Shown in pieces: positions 35,509-49,917 of a stretch of DNA of 64,000 nt. The notes beneath the pieces are model-generated. The model saw only the letters and a program-made list of their open reading frames with translations. It was not told the origin of the DNA and did no database searches. The position numbers were made by a program, and so were the translations under genes. Origin of the DNA: Podarcis melisellensis (lineage: Eukaryota); assembly GCA_964234715.1 (NCBI GenBank), contig OZ174279.1; one strand, 5' to 3'. Position 1 is the stretch's first letter. Each line of letters starts with the position of its first letter.

Positions 35509-37174
35509 TACTTGCTGAAAAGCACCAGTGTTTTTCAGTGAGTTTTTGACTACCCCTCCGAATTTAGTACATTAGCTTAATACAGAATGCTCAAGAAGAT
35601 TATTATTCCAAAGCAGCTGTGAGATGCATTGATCAGTTTCAAGAGAAATAATTTCCGGGGCAGAGGCCTTTTTGGTGGAACCCCTTCTCTTTGGAATAAG
35701 CTTCCCAGAGAGTCCTGCCTGGTACCTTCGCCAACTTCATTCTGCCAGGAAGGTGCATTTGTTTTCAAAGGCAACACTTGATTATTAATTTTTTACCTCC
35801 AATTTTTTCGGTTATGGAGTTTTCTAATCGTTTTTTTCTCTGCGGGATGGATTTTGTCCTCTGAAAAGCTGAATTCTGTAACCTGTCAATTCTGCCCAAT
35901 CTGGCTCAAAAAAATTTCTCAGCTTTAATGCAAAAGCGGCATATGGTATCGCTAGTGGAATTTGCCATCACGAATGGTTTTTCTTATGGAAGTATATTAC
36001 TGGGAGAGGAGTAACAAGGGATAAAGCTACATAGAAAGGAGATTGCTCACCTGGATTGTAGCACACAGAACGCCAGTTCTTTCTGATTAGGATTATGTTT
36101 TGTACATCAAAATAGACTTTTAAAAAAGCATGCACTGGAAGTTTTGTTAAGACTTCCCTAAAAAAAAAAAAGGGTGGAAAAATATGCGTGCTCAGGTGTT
36201 GATTCTTTTCCAATTTTCAAACAAAACCTCAACTTATTTTGGCCCAGTGTGCATCTTGAATTGCATGTTGTATGTAAAATTGAAACTTTCTGTGTACTCT
36301 TTCACACGGTGTTGGATTCAGAAGACACTGAGTTGTATATAGAAAATAATGAAAAACCACATGGAACACTATAAAAGGTGGGGTATGGGGAATATTCCTT
36401 GGGGAAGGGGTTTTGGGACCCTTCTTTGTACCTGACAAGAGCTCACCTTCCTGAGCATTTTGGTGAATTGTCTGCTATTTTTGCAACAACAGAAAAACAC
36501 GTTTGAGGTTAAACTATAGATTGACTGGACTAGTGTGAATCAGACAAACTGAGTACTTTTAATGGAGAGACCTGGAGCTGCAGTGAGGACTTCGGTCTTA
36601 CAACACGTGGTTGGGAAGTTTATTTGGCCACTTTTAGAATTGCATGAGATATCGCTAGCATGGCTCACATGTTGTTGGAACCATCTCCACATCCAAAGGA
36701 GCAAAAACCTAGGAAAAGCAGAGTAGAACATTCCCTTTTAATTTTTATTTTCTTTTTAAACTGAGATGTGGTCGACCCAGCTCATTTCTGGCGTGAGAGT
36801 GGTATGTAAGCGTGATAAAAATTCTGAGGGTTTTGCCGCAGTTACATAGATTCCTAGCGGTTCAAGGCTCTTCATTCTACCGTATTATGTTTTTATATGT
36901 GTTGGAAGCCACCCAGAGTGGCTGGGACAGGCCAGCCAAATGGTTGGGGTATAAATAATAAAACTATTATTATTACTATTATTGGAAAGGACCTGTAGTT
37001 AATCCAAATTAAAACAAAAGAAATCCAAAAGGCCACGTGGCAACCCGCCCCCCACCCACCCATTTCCCCCCTCCTGGCAATCAAAGGACAACAGATTTGC
37101 TGCCAGGGTATCCTCTTTGCGGAGAGAGGCAAGGGGCCACCACAGAGGATGTCCTGTTTCTGGTGACCCACACA

Positions 37175-37325
37175 CCTCTCGTTTGCTTTGCCTACAGAAA
37201 GTCCCAGGTTTAATTCCTGAAAACTGCTGGTAGGGCTGAGAGAGACCGCTGCCTGAAGCCCCGGAGAATTGCTTCTAGTCAGTGTAGACAAAACTGAGCC
37301 AGATGGAGTAATGGTCTGACTCCTG
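37175..37325 (+). mobile_element. Old tRNA-derived squamate SINE (Squam2-like), degenerate
   Basis: gtcccaggtttaattcctg ... gtcagtgtagacaaaactgagccagatgga..aatggtctgactc; fragments also near 24350, 15430 and 57565; family name from memory. Confidence 0.55.
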
Positions 37326-37356
37326 AGTTTCTCCTTCAGTAGCAGCAGAACAAGGG

Positions 37357-37716
37357 AATAGTAATAGTAATAATTTATTACTTATACCCCGCCCATCTGG
37401 CTGGGTTTCCTCAGCCACTCTGGGTGGCTTCCAACAGAATATTAAAAACATGATAAAACATCAAACAATAAAAACTTCCCTAAACAGGGTTGCCTTCAGA
37501 TGTCGTCTAAAAGTCAGGTAGTTGTTTATTTCCTTGACATCTGATGGGAGGGTGTGCCACAGGGCAGGCGCCACTACCGAGAAGGCCCTGCCTGGTTCCC
37601 TGTAACCTCACTTCTTGCAGTGAGGGAACCACAAGAAGGCCCTTGGAGCTGGACTTCAGTGTCCGGGCAGAACGATCGGGGTGGAGACGCTCCTTCAAGG
37701 TATACTGGGCCGAGGC
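37357..37716 (-). mobile_element. L2-clade LINE 3' end
   Basis: Near-copy of 26991-27378. Confidence 0.85.
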
Positions 37717-38865
37717 CTCCAAGGAAGGTCTTAATGGACAGGCAGGTTCATGTCTGTCCCACTCTTTTCTAGATCCAAAAGGACCTGCATGTTGGTGATC
37801 GCACCTCCGTTGAACACACCCAAAATGGTTGCTACCTGTACTGGATTTTCAGCTCGAGATGCTGTCCCCACAGGCTGTGAGCTGGAGATCACATCTCCTG
37901 GTCTAACCTGAGGTACCAGCCCCTCAGAGTCCAAACTGGGACTCTTGTGACTTCTAATCTCTCACTTTGTGTGTATGAATTGCTCAGTAGGATGCAATGT
38001 TTATCTTCGAAAAATCCCACTCTTCAGTTTTTCCTGCAGTAGCAGTAGCGTTCTGCTTAATTCAGCCCAAACTGGAAAATGTATTCATTCCCTCTATTGT
38101 TTGCACGTTAGCCCAAAGAGAGAGTAAATTAAGTTCCCAAAAAAACTCGCTCCAAAGCCCTCCTCGTCTGATTGGACCGCCTTCAAGAGAGGGTTGCCTT
38201 CACGGGGGAAGTGTTTGGAAAGGGAAGCGGTTTTTTTCAGAGAGCTGCGACCCTGGCTCTGCGACCATGAAAATCCTGCGTGGGGTGTCTCCATGATAAA
38301 TCACAGCAGTGCCAGCTCAACAGTGGCTCATTAGTGCTAGCGAGTGTGGCGTCCAGGAATGAGATGAATACACACATTATTTCCAGGGATGGCAGAAAGC
38401 CGGCGCCTGGCAGCTGAACTCAGTGGTGTGCGATTTTTAAAGCCTAGCTACCCACAGAACCTTTAGTAATGTTTAGGTCCTGCTTATAATACCTGTTTTA
38501 GTTACTCAGAGCGTGCCAAGGCAACTGAAAGCAGTGTACCTGCGGCAGACAATCTGCACCCCTCCTCTCCTTTACACTGTCCTGCCTTGCTCCCTTGTAG
38601 TCTTGTTTAATTTTGAGAAAGTTGTCTTTTTGATGAGCCTTAACAAGTCATTCCTCTCAGGCCCAGATTTTTTAAAAACAAAAACAACCATGATCCGTAA
38701 AATTGATGCTCACTGCATTGACGATAATTATTGTAATTGTTAAGAGCGGAATTCTGTTTAATTATTATTTGCTGCTGTTTTGAGAGTTAATTTTATCATG
38801 TACTGTTCTGTTCTATTAGAATACTGAATATTACTTTATTTGATATAAGTCAATCCACTTTAAGC

Positions 38866-39221
38866 GGGATGCGGGTGGAGCTGTGGGTTAAACTATAGAG
38901 CCTAGGACTTGCCGATCAGAAGGTTGGTGGTTTGAATCCCTGCGACGGGGTGAGCTCCCATTTCTTGGTCCTTGCCCCTGCCAACCTAGCAGTTTGAGAG
39001 CACGTCAAAGTACAAGTAGATAAATAGGTACCACTCCAGCGGGAAGGTAAACGGTGTTTCCGTGCGCTACTCTGGTTCGTCAGAAGCAGCTTAGTCATGC
39101 TGGCCACATGACCTGGAAGCTGTACACCGGCTCCCTTGGCCAATAAAGCGAGATGAGACCGCAACCCCACAGTCTGTCACAACTGGTCCTAATGGTCAGG
39201 GGTCCTTTTACCTTTACCTTT
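38866..39221 (+). mobile_element. Full-length Sauria SINE
   Basis: gggatgcgggtgg head ... (acctt)t tail; approximate TSD aatccactttaa / aatccatttaa. Confidence 0.92.
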
Positions 39222-39789
39222 AATCCATTTAAAAGTTACATTTCATTTGTGGCTTTTTATGTTGGGATCAGATTATTGTAAGGTGTTTTTCTTTTCTTGT
39301 ATATTTTGTAAACCGCCTTGTGTAGAATAATAAACAAAGGCGGTACACAAATTAAAAGTGAAATGATAAGTTCCACATACAAATGCTATAGGCTTGTTTG
39401 CCCATTGTCTTATTTAGGGAACTGACCTAGACATGTCCATGGTATTCACGTGCACCAAATTTTGGAATTCTGGAAATTTTGTGCTTCAGAATGCTGACGT
39501 TTTGTAGCACCTACATATGAAAATGTGCAAAGAAATTTACATTTTCCACATTGATTTTTTTAGGAAGTTCTAGGTGGGACAGATCATTGGACCTAACAGA
39601 ACTAGCTTGATGATGTTGGGTTTCCCCACACTCATGCTCATACTCCTGAACCCCAGCTCACTGTCTTTTCTGGATTCTTTTGTTTATTCCCTCTCAAATT
39701 TTATTCATTAAAATACATATAAATTGCTTTTTCCCAATTGTTCAAAGTGTTTCAACCCGTAACTGTAAAACAACAGCAACAAACGAAAC

Positions 39790-40384
39790 AACTCCATCAG
39801 CTCCACCTGGTACACAGGCTGAGACCCTACCTGCCCGCAGACTGTCTTGCCAGAGTGGTGCATGCTCTAGTCATCTCTCGCTTGGACTACTGCAATACGC
39901 TCTATGTGGGGCCACCTTTGAAGGTGACCCGGAAACTACAACTAATCCAGAATGCGGCAGCTAGACTGGTGACCGGGAGCTGCTGCTGGGACCATATAAC
40001 ACCGGTCTTGAAAGACCTACACTGGCTCCCAGTATCCACCTCCATCGTGCTGCCCTCACACTGAGGTCCAGCGCCAAGGGCCTTCTGGCGGTTCCCTCGC
40101 TGTGAGAAGCCAAGTTACAGGGAACCAGGCAGAGGGCCTTCTCGGTAGTGGCACCCGTCCTGTGGAACGCCCTTCCACCAGGTGTCAAAGAGAAAAATAA
40201 CTACCAAACTTTTAGAAGACATCTGAAGGCAGCCCTGTTTAGAGAAGCTTTTAATGTTTAATAGGTTGTTGTAGATTAGTGTTTTGTTGGAAGCCGCCCA
40301 GAGTGGCTGGGGAAACCCAGCCAGAGGGCCGGGTATAATAAATGGTTGTTGTTGTTGTTGTTGTTGTTGTTGTTGCTGTTGTTA
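39790..40384 (+). mobile_element. L2-clade LINE 3' fragment with internal deletion and (GTT)n tail
   Basis: LRPYL...VHALVISRLDYCN.LY.G.PLK..RKLQLIQNAAARLVTG...HITPVL..LHWLPV motif. Confidence 0.9.
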
Positions 40385-41928
40385 TCAAACCGAAGGACTT
40401 CTATCGAAAGCCACCCATGGCAGGGCAGATAAGGGGGAGGGGAACACTCTTGAACCCCTATGAAAAGAAAACCACTGAGTGGCTGCCCTGGCATCTTCTG
40501 AAGGGTCTATAGCTTTGAAACAACCAATGGGCCAGACAGGGCTGGCAGCCTGTGCAATGCCGTAACATTCCAATTTAGCCTTCACACACAAAATCCAGAT
40601 CGTATGACCAATGAACCAGATTTTTGTGCAGGGAAATGGTTGTTTGCATATAGCCCAGATCTGATTGTTCTTATAGCCTCACATGAACATCCAAAGCGGG
40701 GCACGTGAGCCTCGGCACTCGTATCAACTATCTGATCTGACCAATATCAAAACTGATAACACCTAGCAAAATGGAATGTCCAGTTGCCATTTGGAGGCCA
40801 AGATGGCTCAAAAGTCGTAGTTTCCAGAACGACTTTGTGGTTCCTGAAATTTCTTCAGATGGTGATGAAGATGATGATTGCAATTTGTGTACTGTCCTTT
40901 TATCTCATGCAGATAAAATACAATGGATAGAATTCTATAGGATGTGTTGTTAGTGTGTGAAAACAGGCAAGATCCATGGATCCCCCCAGGTGGAGATGTC
41001 AGGCTCCATCTTGGCACCCAGGCGTCTTCACTTGGTCGCAAGTGGCCGATAGCCAGGTTGGTCCAAGATGGGAAGCAGGTTTTGGCCTAGCGAATTGTAA
41101 TTTTTTCTCCCCCTTCTCCTCAACAGAGTAAACTTGCTGCCTGGGGGAACACTTTTCCTATTTGCATAGCCCCGCCCTTTAATTTGCATAGCCCCATTCT
41201 GCCTCCTGGGTCTTTATCTTGTTATCGTTACTGCTGCAATACCTGTGAAATCACTCTCTCTCTGTTCTCCGGTATCTGTGCAAAATTTTGGATCCCAACG
41301 GCTATAAAGCAACTGTTTATAACGTCCCAAAAGGGGAGCTTTCTGAGGTTCTAATTACCTACGAGTGGAAAACCGTAACAGCTTAAGATGAATCACTTCC
41401 TCACAATGGATTTACCTTTTCAGGGCAAGCAAATAAATAACACTGTTAGCATCTAGTAATCCTAATTTTCCTATTTGCAAAACGATAATTATGCTGCCCT
41501 TGAAACGGCACGCAGAAGAAACGCACGCCTGGCGCTGGTGTGCTCATGCAATTAAAATGCTTTGTCGTGAAGTTAATCCTCCCTTCTGTAGGCATATATT
41601 CTCCCTTGTCCTATGCAATTTAGGAATAAATGGAAATGCGGCCCGAGGTGGTAGTGAGAGAAAGGGAAATAAACAAATGAATTTCAATGCCTCACCAGAG
41701 CTTTGGGGGTTGATAGACTTGACCAAGGTTTATAAAGGAAATAACTGATTCACTGGGTAACAGCAAAGCAACATAACTAGCATGACTAGGTGAGATTCTC
41801 TGCTGTGGTCTTTGGTAGATAAACCTTGATAACGAATCCTACCATTCAGGAAAAGTTGATTTGTGTCCTTTTTTGCAGTGTGTGACACTCCAGGCCAGAC
41901 CTGCTGGCCGCAACCTGACAACCTAAGA

Positions 41929-42290
<362 letters not shown>

Positions 42291-42927
42291 TAGACGGTGA
42301 CAAGTGCTTTCATATATCTGCAGAGGGTTTCATTACCCTGGGGAAGTGGGTTGCTCTCTCCTCTTCGACTGTCCTGCTTAGATGGTTTGCTGTCACGCTG
42401 GATCCTCTGTAGGTCCTGCTCACCAGACCTTTTCTTGTCGAAGAAGGTTGGAATAATACAAAGTTCTATGGAGGCCTCAATCAGGGCAGTCATTCATTGG
42501 CATGTTGGGTGTGGGTGTGTGTCCGTGTGTTCTTTTATCAGACTGCTGGTCCTCCAGAGATCAGATATTAAAGTTCCTTCAATGTGAACAGGTCGCACGT
42601 GACCAGATTCTGGGCAAGCCTAAGGAATCCAGAGAGTGTGCAGACAGAAGCACCCTCACCTGCAAAAGCATGGCATGCAGTTGCCAAAAGCTCGGAACTA
42701 CCTGTCGCAGTGCACACATGGCCAAAGCATTGATATCTCTTCATTTAGGAGGTCATGCACAAGCGCCACCAGCTGTGGTCATTCAAACAACACCAATAAG
42801 GCAGTGGATCAAATTGGGGAGGGAACCCAGTTGGTTGTGTTGTTTTTTTAAGGACACTGTGGTTTCAATTCGCTCTCATTTGGCCTAATGATTTTGCCCA
42901 GTCTTTTGCAAAGATGTTTCTGTTTTG

Positions 42928-42929
<2 letters not shown>

Positions 42930-42962
<33 letters not shown>
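42930..42962. repeat. (CA)n microsatellite
   Basis: Seen directly. Confidence 0.95.
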
Positions 42963-42966
<4 letters not shown>

Positions 42967-44077
42967 TTATCCCAGAGACAGGTGTGGAGAACCTCGGGCC
43001 TGGGGCTGAAGGCAGCCCTAGAGACACTCCCCAGGCCACAGCCCCCATCACACTCCTTGAGGGCTTTTGCGTGGCTGGAATTTGCCCTTAATGTCTCTTA
43101 ATGTCCTTGGCTTTCCTAGTCTAATGGAAATCGACGCACTTCACCACATTCCTCACTAACCCTTCCATACAAAAATAAAACTTTTTTTAAAGAAGTCCCC
43201 ACTCAGATTATCTCCTCTCCGCGCCCTCCTTCAAGATGTGAAAGTTTCTACTTTTGAGACCTTGAAGTTGTGCACTTCAGCCATTCCCGCTCCTTACCAA
43301 GCAGGTGCTTTACCAGAGCCCCTTATTTCTGCCTAGTAACTCAGGTGGTCCCTTGGCCTTCCACAAGTAGAGCCTTTTCAACACTTCAGTTGAGGCCCAG
43401 CGGCCATTTCCGCCTTCCTTTGATATCCCTCTCCTTTCCTTTTGAATTGGAGAACAGAGAGAGCATTCACCACTCTCACGGAGAAAAGAAATCTCTGGGA
43501 AGGACACGAGTCCAGGGGAAGAACGGAGAATAAATGAGGGAAGCAGCCCGCCACAAGGAGTTACCCCGTCCTCCCAGCTTTTAAAAACAAGCCAAAGGAC
43601 ATGTCTATGGAGGCAATTTTTGAGGAAATACTTTCAAGTTCAGTTTGGTGTGTCCCCTGCCTTCTGGCAGTACTTAACAAAAGCAAATGTATGTGTTATT
43701 ATATTGCCCTTAAACATACGTTTGGGTATTTTTTGTGTGAAAATACATTAGTCTCCTGTGCTGAGAAGCCAGGCAAATTGAGCTGGGCCAGGTCCGGCTC
43801 TCCCAGTCCTTCCACCCAGTTCTCAGATCAAGTTAGCCCCCCTCATCCACGATTAAATAGTGGATGCAAATGCGCCAACCCAGTGTTAACTAACAGCAGC
43901 ACTAGGTTGGAAGTCTGACTGGCATGACAACCCGATTCCCAATGATAGGGAATCTGCCTGAAAAAGCTCTCCAGTCTTGTGGTCGGAATAGTTTCTGTTT
44001 CCCTAAGACCTGGAATTCCAGGGCCATCCATGCCCTCGGGTGACATACGCTTCAGGTTACATATTATTGTTTGTATA

Positions 44078-44319
44078 CAGTGGTACCTCGGGTTAAGTAC
44101 TTAATTTGTTCCGGAGGTCCGTACTTAACCTGAAACTGTTCTTAACCTGAAGCACCACTTTAGCTCATGGGGTCCCCTGCTGCTGCCGCACCGCCGGAGC
44201 CCGATTTCTGTTCTTATCCCGAAGCAAAGTTCTTAACCCAAGGTAATATTTCTGGGTTAGTGGAGTGTGTAACCTGAAGCGTATGTAACCTGAAGCCTAT
44301 GTAACCCGAGGTACCACTG
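44078..44319. mobile_element. Tigger-like MITE (ttaacctgaa family)
   Basis: TA|cagtggtacctcgggtta ... taacccgaggtaccactg|TA. Confidence 0.92.
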
Positions 44320-44321
44320 TA

Positions 44322-44662
44322 TAGGGGGCTCGTCAACCTGGAAAGGTAGCTCATCTAGGAGAAGATATCCGCCTTGAGAAGAAAAGGCTAAAGGGTAAAC
44401 CCTGCACAGATCCAGTTCCTAAGACAGTTGACTGGTGCCATGTATGCCTCCGTCCAGCAACTCTGCAGCCCAGCTGGTGCCAGACATATCGCTCCACTTT
44501 CCTTTGGGCCCCGAGGCCACGATTGGGGTGTTGTCGTCTGGGCAGCCCAGGATCTGCATACATGCTGCCCCAGCTTACGCCCCAGGTTTCCGCTAACAGA
44601 GCGGTTTGGCTTCATCCCCAGAGGTGTACTCCATGATCTCTTGAGACAGACGGGTGCCAATA
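44322..44662 (+). mobile_element. Probable non-autonomous RTE-related retroelement fragment
   Basis: ggtagctcatctaggagaag resembles recalled RTE 5'UTR motifs; ends gagacagacgggtgccaa; family assignment weak. Confidence 0.4.
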
Positions 44663-45191
44663 ACCAAAGGGTGCCAACTTGAATAAAATATTTGGGGTGG
44701 GAGCATAGTCACCCCACATAGTCCATGTGTGATCCATGCACACCATCTGAATGGCAGCACGCATCAACTTTAGGGGGCAGCCTGGGTGAAATGAAAGTAG
44801 CCGGGGGGGGGGGAATTTGCCTCCAACTCTGCTATTGGGCAACCTCAAGGTCAAGGACGGGGTCTCCCCCAGACGATGTTGGAGGCAGAGCAATGGACTG
44901 CCTCTTTTTGCAAGGCATCTTCATTTGTTTACAGACAGATACTATTCAGTAACTTCACAGGACAATTGGGCCCGCATACCCATTCTGTCCTCGCCCTGCA
45001 ACGTCTTTTTAGAGGGCCCCCATAGTTTGTTTTTTTAAAAAAAAAACACTGATCCTGAGTTCGCTCTTGCTTTAAAAACACATTGCAAAGTACTCTGTGC
45101 AGTGGTCAAAATTCATCATCGTCAGGACAGGTTTGTTTATGCTCCTGCCCTGAGTTTATTGTTGCAAAATTTGACCTGTCATTTAAACTAA

Positions 45192-45497
<306 letters not shown>

Positions 45498-45762
45498 TAA
45501 GCCGGCATGAAAGAAGGATTAGGTGGCTGTGCTCTTGCCGTTAAGTTCTGAATTTCACGCAGAGCCGTCTGCATGAAGCATCTCCATATGCTGCTGCTTC
45601 CTGGTATTTGAGCGAACAAATTTGGCTATGTGATCGGGACACGGCCACACCAAATGTTTGTAAACATTTGAGGGGGGGCTTTTGTGGGGGGGGAGTGGAC
45701 AGTGTTGCTCAAAGCACCATGTTCCCAGCGCGTGCACACTTTTATCTGCAACGTTTCCCAGC

Positions 45763-46419
45763 TGTTGCAGTTTGTTGGAAAACACCAAGGGGTTCCTGCT
45801 AGAACTCCAATCATCCTCCGGTATGCGCAACACTGGAAAAGGCATCTCCCTTCTTCTCCAGTGCGCTCAGCGACATAAACCAGCTTGATTTATGCACACT
45901 AATCATCTAGCATAACACAGCAAGAAGCGTGAAACATAGTAGTCTAATATACTATTTATTTACACACTATGTACAGACTACAGCATAATGGTGACTGTTC
46001 TCTTCTGCTCCGAGAGAACAAACAGAACAAAGTACAGTGGTACCTCTGGTTACGTACTTAATTCGTTCTGGAGGTCCGTTCTTAACCTGAAACTGTTCTT
46101 AACCTGAAGCACTACTTTAGCTAATGGGGCCTCCTGCTGCCGCTGCGCTGCCGCCGCACGATTTCTGTTCTCATCCTGAAGCAAAGTTCTTAACCCGAGG
46201 TACTATTTCTGGGTTAGCGGAGTCTGTAACCTGAAGCGTATGTAACCCGAGGTACCACTGTAAAAGCAAAAGTACATTACAAAGTACTTACAGGGGAAGA
46301 GAGATAAGGCTGTCTTCCGTTCCCACAGTCTTCTCAGACAGGCATGTGAATTATACCAATCACAAAATGCAGCATCGGAAGAGTGAATTTACTGTTGCAA
46401 TTCCTACGATTGCGGAACA
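45763..46419 (-). mobile_element. Putative solo LTR interrupted by a MITE
   Basis: tgtt...aaca candidate ends; minus strand has attggtata and aaataaa signals; boundaries and TSD uncertain. Confidence 0.4.
46035..46260. mobile_element. Tigger-like MITE (ttaacctgaa family)
   Basis: TA|cagtggtacctc ... gaggtaccactg|TA. Confidence 0.92.
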
Positions 46420-47747
46420 TTTTTCAGCCGGCAGAATTGCATCTGGGCAAGTGTGCCTCCATTGAAGGTCCCAGGCACAAAGCACATTCTTCACGAAACA
46501 CAGTCAAAATCCTAAATTCAGGATTTGCAGAGTCCCACCTTGTGTGGCCTGCTTCTTATTTACTACTGTGCCCACAGTCTACTGATTTATTTTAAACCTG
46601 CAAAGCAAGACCATATGCTTGGTTCTCAACAATTGAAGCAAAACTGTTGACTGATCCTGAGTTCGCTCTTGCTTTAAAAACACACACAAGAGCGCCTTGC
46701 AGGATGAGACCAGTGTTGTTTGCAAGGGTCCCAGCAGCAAGCTGGCCTCTGCTGGCAGTGGAAGGTTAACTGTGAGCCCAAGCTCTCCCCTAAAGTATGC
46801 TTCCAACACTTGGCTATTATTTGCATTGGTAAACCTGCAGAAATGCATGTTTTCTTTAAAACTAATGTCTCCATTCCTTTCCATGTTTGGATTTAGAAGC
46901 CAGGGTGATTGTTGGTGCTTTCCCGCCCTTCTTTTTTTGCTTGTTAACTGTGAGTTACCGCTTATGCTAGAAATCCAGACTACTGGTCTAAAGCTAATGT
47001 GATTTACCAGCCACCCCTACTGGCTGCAAACGCAAATGATACCTGCTCTCTGTCTGCCTTTGCAGAAAGAAGGATTTATGTAGCTTCTGTATCCAGTGCG
47101 AGGGATACTGAGATGACTTGGGGGAAAAGCTGCCCCTCTACCCTCTATCTTGCATGTGTGCTTTTTGCAGACAGGTCACTCTTAAATTAGTCACCAGACT
47201 TGCAAAGGTTGTGCATAGATCTCCAAAATAGGAAGTGGATTGCATTTGCTAACCATAACTTTCTGTCCTTGGCCCCCTTGGCTTAATCTGATTTCACCTT
47301 TTGGAGTTTCAATTTCCTTTTGAAATACTAGAAAAAAGTTGCCCCCAGCTTTTGCTTGTTTAAACAGACAGGCCAATGTGGATTAAATATGGCTTCCTTG
47401 CCATAGTAAATAAAGCAACTTACTGTACCTCGTCATGATTAGCCACTGGTTTGACACACACCTCCGTGGAGTTAGCTGAATATGGCAAAATGATCTGTAT
47501 GGGGGTAGGAGAGTTTTCCATTACAGCATATGTTTAAATCAGAGTTAAGGTGGTCTTGTCTTGCCCTCAGCCCTGCATCACCCTAGAAACTTTAGCGTAA
47601 TAAAGTACACGAACAATGAAGATAAAAAATGCATGCGGTGACAAATACATAATTTGTATGCGCACAAGAAATATTTTGGCTTTGCTCTTAAGGCAATTAT
47701 TCACTGCTACTATAACCTCCAAAGATCTTGAGATAGCATATATGCTT

Positions 47748-48141
47748 TGTTGGGGCATATACAGAGTGCCCATTCAACATGCCAGTGGAGTGTTCCAATG
47801 AAACAGAAAAACACTACACAGTCCGTTTATGGGCAATCTAAAGCAGATCCACAGCTTAGCAGTTACATACAGTTGTAGTACACGGTCTTTCCAGCAGCAT
47901 ACCTTCTTGCAGTGCTCCAACACAGACTAGGCTCTGGCCCAGGGCAGGAGCCAGGAGCAAACTTGCTTCAAACACAAGGGTATATATACTTTAGGTTGTG
48001 CTGTGTCACTCTCACATGCTTGCTGACTCACTCTCACACGGTTAACCAGTTGCAGGTGCAGGACAAGCATGCCCAAAATTAACCAGCACACCTAAATACC
48101 CGTTTCTTGTCCTTTTTTCTCTGCATCCTTATACATCAACA
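47748..48141 (-). mobile_element. Solo LTR
   Basis: tgttg...caaca termini; 5-bp TSD tgctt / tggtt; internal tatatata box near 47981. Confidence 0.65.
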
Positions 48142-49108
48142 TGGTTCCCCTAACTTGTATAATCAAAACAGTCCTCTGAGGTCAATTAAACAGGGAGGTT
48201 GTGACTGGTCTAAGGTTACTCTGACCTTCATGGCCAGATATGAGATAGAAATCCCCATCACCGCTAAGTCCAGCATTGTGTCCCACTACATCACTCTGGA
48301 TCTCCCCTCCCAGGACCCTGTTTGGTGGATTGAATGCAGTTCAGTTGCACCAACCTATAGAAAGGGCACCTTGCTTCTGATGCTCAGATGTCGGAGGGTG
48401 TGCCAGAAGGCCCAGGGATCTAGGGAAGCAGAGAAGAGCCCAACGGAGTATGTGCTCAGAGTCAATGGTTAGAGTGTGAAAACCTGCTGAAAACCCGTAG
48501 TCGTTGGTGGGACGGAGCAGCAATATTTTCCTTTTCCCTGGTGTCGCTATGCTTACGAGGAAGGGAGAGGCATCAGGGAGGTTGGTGCAGTGCAAGTGCA
48601 CCAGCATGAGTGGCGGATTGGTTCTGCCGGTGTGTTTGCACTGTGCTGAAATTTCATTTCATTTCCCTATTAAATAGTATATTACTATGCACAAGATGGG
48701 TTTGTAAGCTGAAGAAACAACAAAGCAGACTGCAGAGATCTCGCACGCCTAATAATCTGATCCAGTAAAAAAGTCGTAATGAAAACCTAACCTTAAAATA
48801 AGCAAATAAAGCAATGTTCAATAATCCATTCGAATAGCGTTAAATTTATCAGCAAACACTAGTTACACAGCTCATACTTAACTATTACATCAAATAATTA
48901 CTAAACCGCAATCAATTAAAATTATCGGCCAGTAGCAATGCATAAAATACCATGAAACATTCAAAACCACGAGAAAGGATCAAACTGAGAAGCAAGTCTG
49001 CCCGCTCTCTAAGTAGTGGTGCCGGAGAGAGATCAGAGAAGCACTGCCACCCTCCCTGCTGACTGCTGCTTGAAACAGTGCCCTCTGGTCCATCAGCACT
49101 ATATGTAA

Positions 49109-49504
<396 letters not shown>

Positions 49505-49671
49505 TAAAGAAGTTGAGTTTTTTAGTTTTTAACTTCTTATCCGTGCAGAAAGTTCTTTTTTAAAAAAAACAAAAGGCAACGAGAGGGAGAGAGGAAGAAT
49601 TTACCTTAAAAACAAAATCAGTAAGCATGCTGTTCTGAGGCACTTGGTAGCCAAGTTCCACAGCTTCCAGA

Positions 49672-49917
49672 GCCAGTGTAGTGTAGTGGTTAAGAGCAGT
49701 GGACTTGTAATCTGGTGAACCGGGTTTGCGTCCCTGTTCCTCCAATGCAGATGCTGGGTGACCTTGGGCCAGTCACACTTCTCTGAAGTCTCTCAGCCCC
49801 ACTCACCTCACAGAGTGTTTGTTGTGGGGGAGAAAGGGAAAGGAGAATGTTAGCCGCTTTGAGACTCCTTAGGGTAGTGATAAAGCGAGGTATCAAATCC
49901 AAACTCTTCTCTTCTTC
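49672..49917 (+). mobile_element. Squam3-like (tRNA/CORE) SINE, full length
   Basis: A box gtgtagtggttaagagc; CORE-like ctgggtgaccttgggccagtcac; (CTT)n tail. Confidence 0.88.

Noticed and set aside
44322-44420. HDV-like ribozyme in an RTE-type 5' region
   Set aside because: RTE elements can carry such ribozymes, but I could not build the nested double pseudoknot from this degenerate copy.
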